Positions 47,984 through 57,748 of a stretch of DNA of 64,000 nucleotides are shown here, piece after piece. The position numbers were made by a program, and so were the translations under genes. The stretch lies in the NCBI GenBank assembly GCA_015068725.1, contig SVKA01000003.1, positions 234 through 64,233 of the forward strand, written 5' to 3'. This DNA is from Oscillospiraceae bacterium. Lineage in GTDB: Bacteria; Bacillota; Clostridia; UBA1381; UMGS1253. Under the pieces are notes generated by a model that saw only the letters and a list, made by a program, of their open reading frames with translations, made no database searches and had not been told where the DNA came from. Numbering within the stretch: position 1 is the first letter of the stretch; the number at the start of each line of letters is the position of its first letter.

Positions 47984-49147
47984 CTATCCCCTGACATATT
48001 TTCTTATGTTTTTGACTTCCTCTGTTAAAACCTTTATTGTATAATCAATTTCCTCTTTTGTATTCATGGCTGAAAAGCTGAAACGAACAGCGCCTTCAAT
48101 TTCTTTTTTATCCTTGCCCATACATAATAGCGTACGGCTTGGTGAAGGTGCGTTTGACGCACACGCAGAGCCGGTCGAAACGTATATTCCCCTGCTTTCA
48201 AGTGCATGCAAAAGTATTTCCGATTTTATTCCGATAAAAGACACATTTAATATATATGGGAGTGCACTTTCATCGCCATTTAATACCACATTGTCAATGT
48301 TCTCGACAATTCTATTATATAATCTGTTTTTAAGCTCGCTCACATGCTCATAATTTTTATCGATATTTTTATATGCTTCACTTGCCGCAGTTGCAAACCC
48401 GACCGTACCAAAAACATTTTGCGTTCCCGAGCGCAGATTTGACTGCTGATGACCGCCGTGAAGAATTGGAAGTACACGGACACCTTTTTTTATATATAAA
48501 AGTCCCACACCCTTTGGTCCATGTATCTTATGTGCGCTCGCGCTCATCATATCGACACCGATTTTCGACGGTTTTATGGCTATTTTGCCAAAGGACTGCA
48601 CTGCATCGACAAAAAGCGCGGCATTTGTTGCTTTCTTTTTCATAATCGGTTTTAGCTTTTCAATCGGCATTATAGCGCCGACCTCGTTATTTACGTGCAT
48701 CACACACACCAAAACCGTATCCTCGCGCAGCAAGCTTTCAAACTCATCAAGGCTTATATAACCATTTTTATCTGCTCCGAGTATATCCGCCTCATAGCCC
48801 TGCGTTTTCGCATATTCTACTGCCTCATACACCGCAGGATGCTCCACTCCCGTGCAGATTATATGCTTTCCTTTGCGTTTTGCCGCCTCTAAATATCCAA
48901 AGATAGCAAGGTTGTTGCTCTCTGTTCCGCCACTTGTAATATAGATTTCGTCCTTAGTGCACGAAAGACAATCGGCAAGAGTTTGCTTTGCGCTTTCAAA
49001 AGCTTTTTCAGCCTTCATGCCAAGGTTATGCAGCGATGACGGGTTTGCGTAAGCTTTTTCAAGCACCTCTATCATTGAATCGTTGACAGCTTTTGTGGTT
49101 TTTGTTGTAGCGCTGTTATCAAGATATATTTCTCTGTTATTTTCCAT
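47984..49147 (-). CDS. Cysteine desulfurase (NifS/IscS class, ThiI partner)
   Basis: 387 aa. PLP-lysine motif SASAHKIHGPKG and active-site loop STGSACAS. It ends 4 nt before thiI, the same arrangement as the B. subtilis NifZ-ThiI pair. Confidence 0.9.
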   Translation of the reverse strand: MENNREIYLDNSATTKTTKAVNDSMIEVLEKAYANPSSLHNLGMKAEKAFESAKQTLADCLSCTKDEIYITSGGTESNNLAIFGYLEAAKRKGKHIICTGVEHPAVYEAVEYAKTQGYEADILGADKNGYISLDEFESLLREDTVLVCVMHVNNEVGAIMPIEKLKPIMKKKATNAALFVDAVQSFGKIAIKPSKIGVDMMSASAHKIHGPKGVGLLYIKKGVRVLPILHGGHQQSNLRSGTQNVFGTVGFATAASEAYKNIDKNYEHVSELKNRLYNRIVENIDNVVLNGDESALPYILNVSFIGIKSEILLHALESRGIYVSTGSACASNAPSPSRTLLCMGKDKKEIEGAVRFSFSAMNTKEEIDYTIKVLTEEVKNIRKYVRG

Positions 49148-49167
49148 TTTTCCACCTGTTTTTACAA

Positions 49168-50484
49168 TTATTTTGTCATTGTATCGAGTATATTCTGCAC
49201 AAAGTCATCATTTGTTTTTGTGCGTGTAAGCTTGTTTAAAACTTCCTCTGTAACGTCAACTGTATTTCTGCTGCTCATCGCTTTTCGTACTGCCCACACA
49301 GCAGAAAGCTCGCTGCCGGTTAAAAGCGCTTCTTCGCGGCGCGTACCCGATTTTGCAATATCAATCGCAGGAAATACGCGTTTTTCCTGAAGTTGTCTGT
49401 CAAGGCGCACCTCCATATTGCCCGTTCCTTTAAATTCCTCAAAAATAACCTCATCCATACGGCTGCCCGTTTCCATCAGGGCAGTTGCAAGAATTGTAAG
49501 GCTTCCGCCCTCTTCGATATTGCGTGCTGCACCGAAAAAGCGCTTTGGCTTATGAAATGCACCAGGGTCAAATCCACCCGACAAAGTGCGTCCCGTAGGT
49601 GGCTCTATAAGATTGTACGCACGCGCAAGTCTTGTGATTGAATCAAGAAGTATAACAACGTCTTTTTTGTGCTCTACAAGCCTTTTTGCGCGCTCCAAAA
49701 CAAGCTCTGCAATTTTTGCGTGATGCTCGGGTGTTTCATCAAAGGTTGAATATATGACCTCGCCGTTAATCGAGCGTTTCATATCCGTAACCTCTTCGGG
49801 ACGCTCGTCAATAAGAAGCACTATTAATTTTACGTCGGGATGATTTTTTGTGATGCTTTGTGCTATATTTTTAAGAAGCGTCGTTTTGCCCGCTTTGGGC
49901 GGTGCAACAATAAGCCCTCTCTGACCATAGCCGAGCGGCGCAATAAGGTCTATAAGACGCATCGAATACCCCGACGGATTTGTTTCAAGATGAATTCTTT
50001 TTGTAGGATAAATCGGCGTAAGCGTATCAAACGAGCGTCTGCGAAGACATACATCAACACTATCGCCGTTAACCTTATGCACATATAACAGCGGTGCAAA
50101 TTTCTCATCACCAGAAACCTTTCTTGCATCTCCTAATATTTCATCGCCCGTTTGAAGACGAAAGCGTCTTATCTGTGTGTTTGAAACATAAATATCCTTT
50201 GCACTTGATTCGTAATTGTCAAAACGGATAAAGCCATAGCCATCAGAGAGAACCTCCAAAAAGCCGCGTACCTCCATAACATCATCGGGGCGTTGCTTTT
50301 GTTTTGATTTTACATTTTTCTCTTTTTCATCATCACTAACATCTTGTGCGTTTTTGGTACTTTCCGCAATGCGCTCAACAAGCTCGTTTTTTCTTAGTGA
50401 TGCAATTTTTGATATTCCCATTGTCTTTGCAATTTCGCGCAAATCCGAAAGTGATTTTTGCTTTAAAATTTCATATTCCTGCAT
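49168..50484 (-). CDS. rho: Transcription termination factor Rho
   Basis: N-terminal SAP-like helix (LSDLREIAK), CSD-like RNA-binding domain (GYGFIR) and Walker [10 protein letters not shown]. The tracked TTG (50496) is part of the SD in TTGAGGTGTAGT-ATG, so the start is ATG 50484. Confidence 0.96.
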   Translation of the reverse strand: MQEYEILKQKSLSDLREIAKTMGISKIASLRKNELVERIAESTKNAQDVSDDEKEKNVKSKQKQRPDDVMEVRGFLEVLSDGYGFIRFDNYESSAKDIYVSNTQIRRFRLQTGDEILGDARKVSGDEKFAPLLYVHKVNGDSVDVCLRRRSFDTLTPIYPTKRIHLETNPSGYSMRLIDLIAPLGYGQRGLIVAPPKAGKTTLLKNIAQSITKNHPDVKLIVLLIDERPEEVTDMKRSINGEVIYSTFDETPEHHAKIAELVLERAKRLVEHKKDVVILLDSITRLARAYNLIEPPTGRTLSGGFDPGAFHKPKRFFGAARNIEEGGSLTILATALMETGSRMDEVIFEEFKGTGNMEVRLDRQLQEKRVFPAIDIAKSGTRREEALLTGSELSAVWAVRKAMSSRNTVDVTEEVLNKLTRTKTNDDFVQNILDTMTK

Positions 50485-50503
50485 ACTACACCTCAAAATT
50501 GTG

Positions 50504-51232
50504 TTATTTTATAAACATTTCTGCAATCATATTCGTTTGATAAAAGTTTTTATATATGTACGATTGCTCAGTGGTGTTTTTTATAAAAGAAAGCTCGTTA
50601 AAGCCTGAAAGAGATACGCATATCGCAATAATTAAATACGAAATCAAAACACCATTCACAAGCCCTGCAACAAAGCCTGCAAGCTTGTTTACCTCTTTTA
50701 ATAGTGGCAATTTAAAGATAAGCTCAAGTATTTTTCTGAAAATCCATATTCCAATCAGAACAAGCAAAAACAACAAAATTCCAGACACAAGCTTCATAAA
50801 TGTGGCAGCAAGTGCACTGCTTACTGCCTGCGCAGCATTGATGCGCATTGTTCTCATAAGAAAATCACTTCGCTCAAAAACACTTGAAAACATAAACTGC
50901 GGAATATTCATCGTTTTTATAATTTCCTCGGTTGTGCCCCCAAGCGAATTTTGTTGCGAAGCTTGTGTGCTTTGCTCTATTGCGGTATCGGCATTTTCTT
51001 TTTCTCCGCTTACCGCTTTATAGACAGACTCCTCAAGGCTTTGCGACACATTTTGTCCAATCTCAGTAGTTGTTATGTATTCAGAAAACGGAACGTAGAA
51101 CATAAACGACAAAGCCGCTGCAAGCAAAAATGACAAAATAGAAAACGCCGCTTTGATAAAGCCTTTTTTTACTCCGCGTATTACGGATATAATTATAATA
51201 AACAAAATAACTGCATCAAGTATATATGGCAT
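50504..51232 (-). CDS. CvpA family membrane protein
   Basis: 242 aa. The N-terminus (ILDAVILFIIIISVIRGVKKGFIK) is typical of CvpA. It contains an approximately 60-aa hydrophilic insertion between TM helices. Confidence 0.75.
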   Translation of the reverse strand: MPYILDAVILFIIIISVIRGVKKGFIKAAFSILSFLLAAALSFMFYVPFSEYITTTEIGQNVSQSLEESVYKAVSGEKENADTAIEQSTQASQQNSLGGTTEEIIKTMNIPQFMFSSVFERSDFLMRTMRINAAQAVSSALAATFMKLVSGILLFLLVLIGIWIFRKILELIFKLPLLKEVNKLAGFVAGLVNGVLISYLIIAICVSLSGFNELSFIKNTTEQSYIYKNFYQTNMIAEMFIK

Positions 51233-51253
51233 ATAAAAACCTCACCTTTAGTA

Positions 51254-52462
51254 TTATTTTATCTCAATTATATCGATAGCCGTTCCCGTAACACCCGTCG
51301 CTCTTTTTGTTCCTTCAAGAAGAAAGAACGAATTATACTTTTTGGGTGTTTGTATAAGATAGAGCTCTTTTCCCGTGCTGTCGCACACCGCTATACTGCC
51401 TGCAGTGCCATAAGCAATTCTGTCTGCATGAGCACTGATAAAACTTGGCGTTTGCCTTACGTCTATATTGCACTTTTCGTGCGCCTTATTATCAAGCGCT
51501 ACAACACTTTTTTGCCCATTGTCTTTTTCAAGGCAAAGCACCAACAAAGAATCGCCTTTGTAGATTTTATTTACGGCTTTATCTTCATAAACGAACTCTG
51601 TACCAATAGCACCCTCCTCATCAACACAGATAGTTTTTTTGTCAGTTACAGCCAAAAAGCCCTTATCCGCTTTATATATGTTCGTAATAAGGCAATCATC
51701 AAACGTATGCGTCTGATACGGCGCACTTTCGTACAGATTAAACATAAGCATACCGCTCGAAAGCCCTTTTGACACATCTTCATCAGAAGATGAAGATGTA
51801 TTAAGCGTTGCAAGCGCGAGCTTGTTTTCGTTTGCTCCAAACTGGGCATCAATTATATATGCGCTGCCCGAATGCCATACAAACACCTCGTTATTTTTTG
51901 CATCCCTGACAGTTACAAGTCCTTTATAATATGGTTCCTCCGATACAATTACAAATTTTCCGTCAGATGCTACCTTTGCGTTTGTAATAGCATATGAGGA
52001 CAAACTCTGAAGTATTACCTTGCCATTGTTTATAAGATATATATCCCTGCCACCTCTGTCGCACGCAAGTATATAATCGCCACAGATTGACAAAAGCGGC
52101 TTGTTTAATACAACTGGTATTTCCCATTGTGTTTTGCCCGATTCGGAAAGTGAAAATATCTTTTCTTTTGCGCATACTATTGTATTTGAACCCATTGGCT
52201 TTATAACGCTGTTTTCCTGCTGTGTATACGGCATTTCAAACACTGTGTTCTCATCAAGGTAAAGCTCAGCATTGTTTGAAAAATGATCCTTAAACTCAGG
52301 ATTTGTCCCTATAAGAGCCGCCGCAGTTATAACTAAAAGCACAATAAAACAAAGCCCTATGAGTCCTGCATGCAAACGCACAAAGCTTATAAACGGACTT
52401 TCTTTTCTCTCAAGTCTTTCTATTTCCTTTTGCTTTTTTCTTTTATAATCAAGCCTGCTCAC
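51254..52462 (-). CDS. Membrane-anchored hypothetical protein (DUF5711-like, probable beta-rich ectodomain)
   Basis: 402 aa. Basic N-terminus, a single TM helix (LIGLCFIVLLVITAAALIG), then about 340 aa of repetitive beta-strand-like sequence. GTG start. The family name is recalled from memory, not verified. Confidence 0.55.
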   Translation of the reverse strand: MSRLDYKRKKQKEIERLERKESPFISFVRLHAGLIGLCFIVLLVITAAALIGTNPEFKDHFSNNAELYLDENTVFEMPYTQQENSVIKPMGSNTIVCAKEKIFSLSESGKTQWEIPVVLNKPLLSICGDYILACDRGGRDIYLINNGKVILQSLSSYAITNAKVASDGKFVIVSEEPYYKGLVTVRDAKNNEVFVWHSGSAYIIDAQFGANENKLALATLNTSSSSDEDVSKGLSSGMLMFNLYESAPYQTHTFDDCLITNIYKADKGFLAVTDKKTICVDEEGAIGTEFVYEDKAVNKIYKGDSLLVLCLEKDNGQKSVVALDNKAHEKCNIDVRQTPSFISAHADRIAYGTAGSIAVCDSTGKELYLIQTPKKYNSFFLLEGTKRATGVTGTAIDIIEIK

Positions 52463-52480
52463 AATAGTTTTCGCTCCTTT

Positions 52481-53236
52481 TTATCCTTCAAAAATATCAA
52501 AGTCATAATAGGCTCCTGCCATATAAAGTCCGCACGCAGGAGCGGTAATTCCCGCAAGCCGTCTGTCGCGCGACTCGATTATGGCGGGCACATCATCTGC
52601 ATCTATTCGTCCGTCGCCTACATAAGCAAGCGTACCCGCAATTATACGAACCATATTATATAAAAATCCGTTTCCGCATACATCTATCGTAATAACGTCG
52701 TTTTCTTTTTGGGCGTCAAGGCTGTATATCGTTCTTATGTGTGTATTTGTCTGCGCTCCCGACGCACAAAACGCGCTAAAGTCATGTTCTCCCAAAAAGG
52801 CGTCGCACGCTCTCTTCACATTTTCCATATCGATATTTCTTCTGTAATGCCACGCCAAATCCTTCATAAAAACATCCGAATGAACAGAATTTAAAATTTT
52901 ATAAATATAACGTTTTTTCTTTATACTAAAGCGTGCGTGGAAACCATCATCGACTGTTTTTGCCGTCATTATCCGTATATCATCGGGCAAGACGCAATTT
53001 ATAGCAAATGGAATTTTTTCATCAGGAATTTTTGTTTGTGAATTAAAATTACAGACATAATTAAGTGCGTGAACGCCCGCATCAGTGCGCCCGCAGCCAT
53101 GCACCGCTACGCACTCTGCGCACACCTTTTGTATTGCCGCCTCCAACAGTTGTTGCACTGTAACGGCATTTTCCTGGGTTTGCCAGCCGTGGTATAAGCT
53201 GCCCTTATATTGAAGAGATAAAGCAATATTTCTCAT
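52481..53236 (-). CDS. truA: tRNA pseudouridine(38-40) synthase TruA
   Basis: Catalytic Asp motif GCGRTDAGVHA. ATG 53236 (MRNIALSLQYKGSLYHGWQ) follows GGAG at 6 nt. The tracked start at 53311 lies inside ecfT. Confidence 0.93.
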   Translation of the reverse strand: MRNIALSLQYKGSLYHGWQTQENAVTVQQLLEAAIQKVCAECVAVHGCGRTDAGVHALNYVCNFNSQTKIPDEKIPFAINCVLPDDIRIMTAKTVDDGFHARFSIKKKRYIYKILNSVHSDVFMKDLAWHYRRNIDMENVKRACDAFLGEHDFSAFCASGAQTNTHIRTIYSLDAQKENDVITIDVCGNGFLYNMVRIIAGTLAYVGDGRIDADDVPAIIESRDRRLAGITAPACGLYMAGAYYDFDIFEG

Positions 53237-53249
53237 AACAAGCTCCATA

Positions 53250-54065
53250 TCAGAATAAGAATGGGATATATCCTGCAAAAACGGCAAGTGAAAGCACAAT
53301 AACAAACACAATACTGCATATTATATCGCTCTTTGTTATTTTGAGCTTTTTCATTCTCGTTCTGCCGTTTCCGCCATTATAACAACGACACTCCATCGCA
53401 AGTGCAAGCTCGTCTGCGCGTCTGAACGCACTTATAAAAAGCGGAACCAAAAGCGGCACAAGCGACTTTGCGCGCTTTAATATATTGCCCGTTTCAAAAT
53501 CTGCTCCGCGCGAGGTCTGCGCTTTCATAATTTTTTCCGTTTCTTCAAGAAGTGTTGGAATAAAGCGCATCGCAATCGTCATCATCATAGCAAGCTCATG
53601 TGCAGGAACACCGATTTTTTTAAACGGTGAAAGCAAATGCTCGATACCGTCAGTAAGAGAAATCGGCGATGATGTGAGCGTAAGAAGCGACGTTCCGACA
53701 ATCAAAAACACAAGTCTTATTATCATAAAGGTCGCCATATATATTCCTTCCCACGTCGCCACTATCGGCGTATAAGGAATACGAAACGCAATCCTTCCCT
53801 GAGTCATAAAAATGTTTAAAACCGCTGTAAAAAGTATTATAAAAAGGAGCGGCTTTATGCCCTTGAAAACATACTTTACGGGAATTTTTGCACTGTATAT
53901 TATAAAAAATGTGAACGCAGCAAATATAGCAAAGCCCGTAAAGTTCTTTACTGTAAAAAGCAAAACTATATATAACATTGTGAGAAGAATCTTGACTCTC
54001 GGGTCAAGGTTGTGAATCTTAGAATTTCCCGGGTAATACTGCCCAAGTGTAATGTCCTTTAACAT
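53250..54065 (-). CDS. ecfT: Energy-coupling factor transporter transmembrane component EcfT
   Basis: 271 aa. N-terminus ITLGQYYPGNSKIHNLDPRVK and the ARG-type coupling helices (AQTSRGA, FRRADELALAMECR). Confidence 0.92.
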   Translation of the reverse strand: MLKDITLGQYYPGNSKIHNLDPRVKILLTMLYIVLLFTVKNFTGFAIFAAFTFFIIYSAKIPVKYVFKGIKPLLFIILFTAVLNIFMTQGRIAFRIPYTPIVATWEGIYMATFMIIRLVFLIVGTSLLTLTSSPISLTDGIEHLLSPFKKIGVPAHELAMMMTIAMRFIPTLLEETEKIMKAQTSRGADFETGNILKRAKSLVPLLVPLFISAFRRADELALAMECRCYNGGNGRTRMKKLKITKSDIICSIVFVIVLSLAVFAGYIPFLF

Positions 54066-54079
54066 ATTTTTCTCCCAAA

Positions 54080-54928
54080 TCAGCCCTTCGGCTTAATAAT
54101 CTTTAAAAGTGCATTTTTTGCCTGCTCTACTGTGTATATGTCGCCAGGTATGTCTACTCCGCGCTCACGAAGCTTTTTTATAACAAGGCTTATCTGCGGA
54201 ACGCTCAGTCCCATTTCTGAAAGCTCGTCTACGTGCGAAAAAACCTCGCACACGCTTCCGTCATAGGCAATCGTTTCATCATTCATAACTATAATGCGTC
54301 GCACTGTATTTGCTACATCCTCCATACTGTGCGAAACAAGCACTATCGTCATACCGCAATCGTTTAACTTCTTCACAAGCGCCAAAAGCTCATCACGCCC
54401 CGCCGGGTCAAGTCCTGCCGTCGGCTCGTCAAGCACAAGCACATCAGGCTCCATAGCAAGCACGCCCGCTATTGCAACACGTCTTTTTTCGCCGCCCGAA
54501 AGCTCGAACGGAGATTTGTCCAAAAGCTCCTCTTTAAGTCCAATCGCCTTTGCCGCAACAAGCACTCTGTCGTTTATATCCTCATCGGAAAGACCGAGGT
54601 TTTTCGGTCCAAAAGCGATATCGCGGCGCACAGTTTCTTCCATAAGCTGATGCTCGGGATACTGAAATACCAATCCAACCTTTTTACGAATCTGGCGCAA
54701 ATCAGTTTTTGGCGTACTGATATCAACGCCATCAATTATAACACTGCCCGATGTAGGCTTTAAAAGTGCGTTAAAATGCTGTATAAGCGTCGATTTGCCC
54801 GAGCCTGTATGTCCGATTATTGCAACAAGCTCGCCTGCTTCAATTTTTAAATTTATGTTTTTTAGCACCTGCTTTTCAAACGGAGAACCCGCCTGATAAG
54901 TGTGGCACATATTTTTGCACTCTATCAT
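54080..54928 (-). CDS. ecfA2: Energy-coupling factor transporter ATPase (second copy, EcfA2)
   Basis: Walker [10 protein letters not shown], signature LSGGEKRR and Walker B LVLDEP. ATG 54928 overlaps the ecfA1 stop as ATGA. The tracked start at 54955 lies inside ecfA1. Confidence 0.92.
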   Translation of the reverse strand: MIECKNMCHTYQAGSPFEKQVLKNINLKIEAGELVAIIGHTGSGKSTLIQHFNALLKPTSGSVIIDGVDISTPKTDLRQIRKKVGLVFQYPEHQLMEETVRRDIAFGPKNLGLSDEDINDRVLVAAKAIGLKEELLDKSPFELSGGEKRRVAIAGVLAMEPDVLVLDEPTAGLDPAGRDELLALVKKLNDCGMTIVLVSHSMEDVANTVRRIIVMNDETIAYDGSVCEVFSHVDELSEMGLSVPQISLVIKKLRERGVDIPGDIYTVEQAKNALLKIIKPKG

Positions 54929-55755
54929 ATCAGCTTTAAAATCTCCTCTACACATTCATCAACCGTTATTACATCGCGCGCACTGTCAATCCCCTTGTCA
55001 GCCAACGCAAGCATAAGCTCTGTTGTCTGCGGTATGTCAAGTCCCGTTGATTTAAGCACATCAGTTTTTACAAAAACCTCTTTCGGTGTTCCGTCAAGTA
55101 TCACGCCGCCATCACGCATTACGATAATTCTGTCTGCCATCGCCGCCTCTTCCATATAGTGCGTAATCAGAATTACCGTCATATTTTGTTCCTTGTTAAG
55201 ACGACTTATAGTTGCAAGGACTTCCTTTCGACCTATCGGGTCGAGCATTGCCGTAGGCTCGTCAAGTATGATGTATTTTGGCTGCATTGCCAAAATTCCC
55301 GCAATAGCTATACGCTGCTTTTGTCCGCCCGACAAAAGATGAGGTGCCTCGAGTCGATGAGCATACATACCAACGGCATTTAGCGCGCTATCTACTCGCT
55401 GACGTATCTTTTCCGACTCAATCCCAAGATTTTCAGGTGCAAACGCAACATCCTCTTCAACTATTGTTGCAACAAGCTGATTGTCAGGATTTTGAAACAC
55501 CATACCAACACGGCGACGAATTTCAAATATAAGCTCTTCATCAGAGGTATCAAGGTTTTCTACATAAACCTTGCCGCCCGAAGGGAGCAGCACTGCATTA
55601 AAATGCTTTGCAAGTGTCGACTTTCCCGAGCCGTTGTGCCCTACAAGTGCAACAAACTCCCCTTTGTGAATTTCAAGGTCGATGCCCTTTAAAACCTTAA
55701 TCTCTTTTTCATCATCGGTTTCATAATTATATTGTAAATTTTCGGTTTTAATCAT
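54925..55755 (-). CDS. ecfA1: Energy-coupling factor transporter ATPase (first copy, EcfA1)
   Basis: 276 aa. Walker [10 protein letters not shown], signature LSGGQKQR and Walker B IILDEP. Confidence 0.92.
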   Translation of the reverse strand: MIKTENLQYNYETDDEKEIKVLKGIDLEIHKGEFVALVGHNGSGKSTLAKHFNAVLLPSGGKVYVENLDTSDEELIFEIRRRVGMVFQNPDNQLVATIVEEDVAFAPENLGIESEKIRQRVDSALNAVGMYAHRLEAPHLLSGGQKQRIAIAGILAMQPKYIILDEPTAMLDPIGRKEVLATISRLNKEQNMTVILITHYMEEAAMADRIIVMRDGGVILDGTPKEVFVKTDVLKSTGLDIPQTTELMLALADKGIDSARDVITVDECVEEILKLI

Positions 55756-55792
55756 TTGTCAAACCGCCATTTCCAGAATTTTTATTGTAATG

Positions 55793-56662
55793 TTATTTTA
55801 TCGACTGCCATCTTCCCGATATGCCGCACGGAAGAAACAAGCCGCTTTTCGCACTCATTGGTATACCGACCTCATCGGCATCAATATATCCGCCAAAACG
55901 CTTTTTGAGTGTAAGCGTCAATATATTTTTAAGAACCGATGGTCCAAGTCCCGTTGTATATGAGTTTATGAGGAAAAACAATGGCTCATCCGAAAGAATT
56001 TTTACGCACTCGCACACAAGCGGATAAAGCTCGTTTTCTATTTTCCACACCTCGCCCGATGGTCCGCGTCCATACGATGGCGGATCCATAATAACCGCGT
56101 CATACTTTTTGCCGCGTCTTTGCTCGCGCGCGACAAACTTTAAAACATCGTCAACTATGTAGCGCACGTCGGAGTCGATATAACCCGAAGAATTGACATT
56201 CTCCTTTGCCCACGAAACCATACCCTTTGCCGCATCAACGTGCGTTACAGCCGCTCCTGCCGCAAGCGCGGCAACTGTTGCTCCGCCCGTATATGCAAAC
56301 AAATTAAGCACTCGTATAGGACGGTTTGCCCTTCTTATAAGGTCTGAAAACCAGTCCCAGTTTGCCGCCTGCTCGGGAAAAAGTCCCGTATGCTTAAAAT
56401 TCATCGGCTTTATATTAAAAACCAAATCGTCATATTTTATTGTCCAGCGCTCGGGCAATTTTCCGTTATACTCCCAATGTCCGCCACCACTTTGAGAGCG
56501 GTGATAGTGCGCTATCGGCTTGTCCCATCCGCTTGCAGACTTGTCCGTCCACACAGCCTGCGGGTCAGGTCGTCTTAGTATATATTTCCCCCAGCGCTCA
56601 AGCTTTTCACCGCTTGCGCTGTCTATAAGCTCATAATCCTTCCATCTGTCCGCTTTATACAT
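55793..56662 (-). CDS. Class I SAM-dependent (RlmI/COG1092-like) methyltransferase
   Basis: 289 aa. SAM-binding LNLFAYTGG and DPPS motif (IMDPPSYGRG). Confidence 0.8.
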   Translation of the reverse strand: MYKADRWKDYELIDSASGEKLERWGKYILRRPDPQAVWTDKSASGWDKPIAHYHRSQSGGGHWEYNGKLPERWTIKYDDLVFNIKPMNFKHTGLFPEQAANWDWFSDLIRRANRPIRVLNLFAYTGGATVAALAAGAAVTHVDAAKGMVSWAKENVNSSGYIDSDVRYIVDDVLKFVAREQRRGKKYDAVIMDPPSYGRGPSGEVWKIENELYPLVCECVKILSDEPLFFLINSYTTGLGPSVLKNILTLTLKKRFGGYIDADEVGIPMSAKSGLFLPCGISGRWQSIK

Positions 56663-56799
56663 CCTTTTATCCCTTCCGATACAAATACAGATTTATCTAA
56701 AATACAAATATTCCATAATATATTATTTTACACCGAAATCCCATACAAGTCAAGTATTGGTGCACACTTTTTGTAAATAATAAACAGCCGTTTTTTCGC

Positions 56800-56828
56800 T
56801 TGACAATACATTGTCAAAGTAATATAAT
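56800..56828 (+). promoter_or_regulatory. Sigma-A promoter with an overlapping 8-2-8 palindromic operator
   Basis: TTGACA-N17-TATAAT with perfect hexamers. The -35 hexamer is the left end of TTGACAAT-AC-ATTGTCAA (56800-56817). Confidence 0.6.
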
Positions 56829-56861
56829 AGGCGTTGAAAAATCAATTTGGGAAGTGTTTAT

Positions 56862-57734
56862 ATGTCATACTTATTATTGGTATTTTCCATTCTGCTTTCT
56901 GTGAGCAAGGTTGTTGTATGCAAAGAAATTGCTCTTAGCTCAAATTCTACAAAAAAATCAGCCAAAATAAATTCTGTTTTGTTTTTTGTATCCGCTTTGG
57001 TTTTGGCAATTTTTACACTCATAGAAAACCCAAACGGCCTTTTGATTTCGCCATTTTCTCTGCTTGTGGCATTTTTTCTGTCTGCCACATTATTTTCGTC
57101 GATGTTTTTAGAGATAAAAGCAATGGAAAAAGGCTCGGTCGCATTGACAAACTTTATATATTCACTCGGCTTTTTAGTTCCTATCGTTTTTGGTTGCCTG
57201 ATTTGGAGCGAGCCTGTTTCTGTTATTCAGGTGGCAGGTATATTTGTACTGCTTTGGGCGCTATATTTGATACTTAATCCCAAAAGAACAGGCAAAATCC
57301 GAATTGACTGGATAGTTCTCTCATTCACGGCAATGTTTTTATCAGGCGTTTCAGCGGTACTTCAAAAGCTTCATCAATATTCCGATTTTGTTTTTGAAAC
57401 GAAGGGCTTTTTAAGTATTACACTTTTATTGGCTTCGATTTATTCTATGTTATTCTATTTTTTATGCAATAGAAAAGAGCATGAAAAAACGCCCATAAAA
57501 CAACACGGAAAAGTAATTTTGATTGGCGGTATTTTATTTGCGTTTTTAAATTTTGTAAACACAGTTTTGACAGGCAGATTACCCGCAAGCATACAGTTTC
57601 CTATATACCATATGGGCACTATGCTTTTGACTTGTTTGATTTCGTATGTTTTTTTTAAAGAACGTTATAAAAAAATGCAGATTATAGGTCTTGTTTTAGG
57701 TGTACTGTCAATTATTGTAATTGGAATATTTTAA
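56862..57734 (+). CDS. EamA/DMT superfamily transporter
   Basis: About 290 aa with around ten TM helices in two similar halves. The tracked TTG 56847 is less likely than ATG 56862, which has GGGAAG 8 nt upstream. Confidence 0.7.
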   Translation: MSYLLLVFSILLSVSKVVVCKEIALSSNSTKKSAKINSVLFFVSALVLAIFTLIENPNGLLISPFSLLVAFFLSATLFSSMFLEIKAMEKGSVALTNFIYSLGFLVPIVFGCLIWSEPVSVIQVAGIFVLLWALYLILNPKRTGKIRIDWIVLSFTAMFLSGVSAVLQKLHQYSDFVFETKGFLSITLLLASIYSMLFYFLCNRKEHEKTPIKQHGKVILIGGILFAFLNFVNTVLTGRLPASIQFPIYHMGTMLLTCLISYVFFKERYKKMQIIGLVLGVLSIIVIGIF

Positions 57735-57748
57735 GGAGGTTTTTTAAT

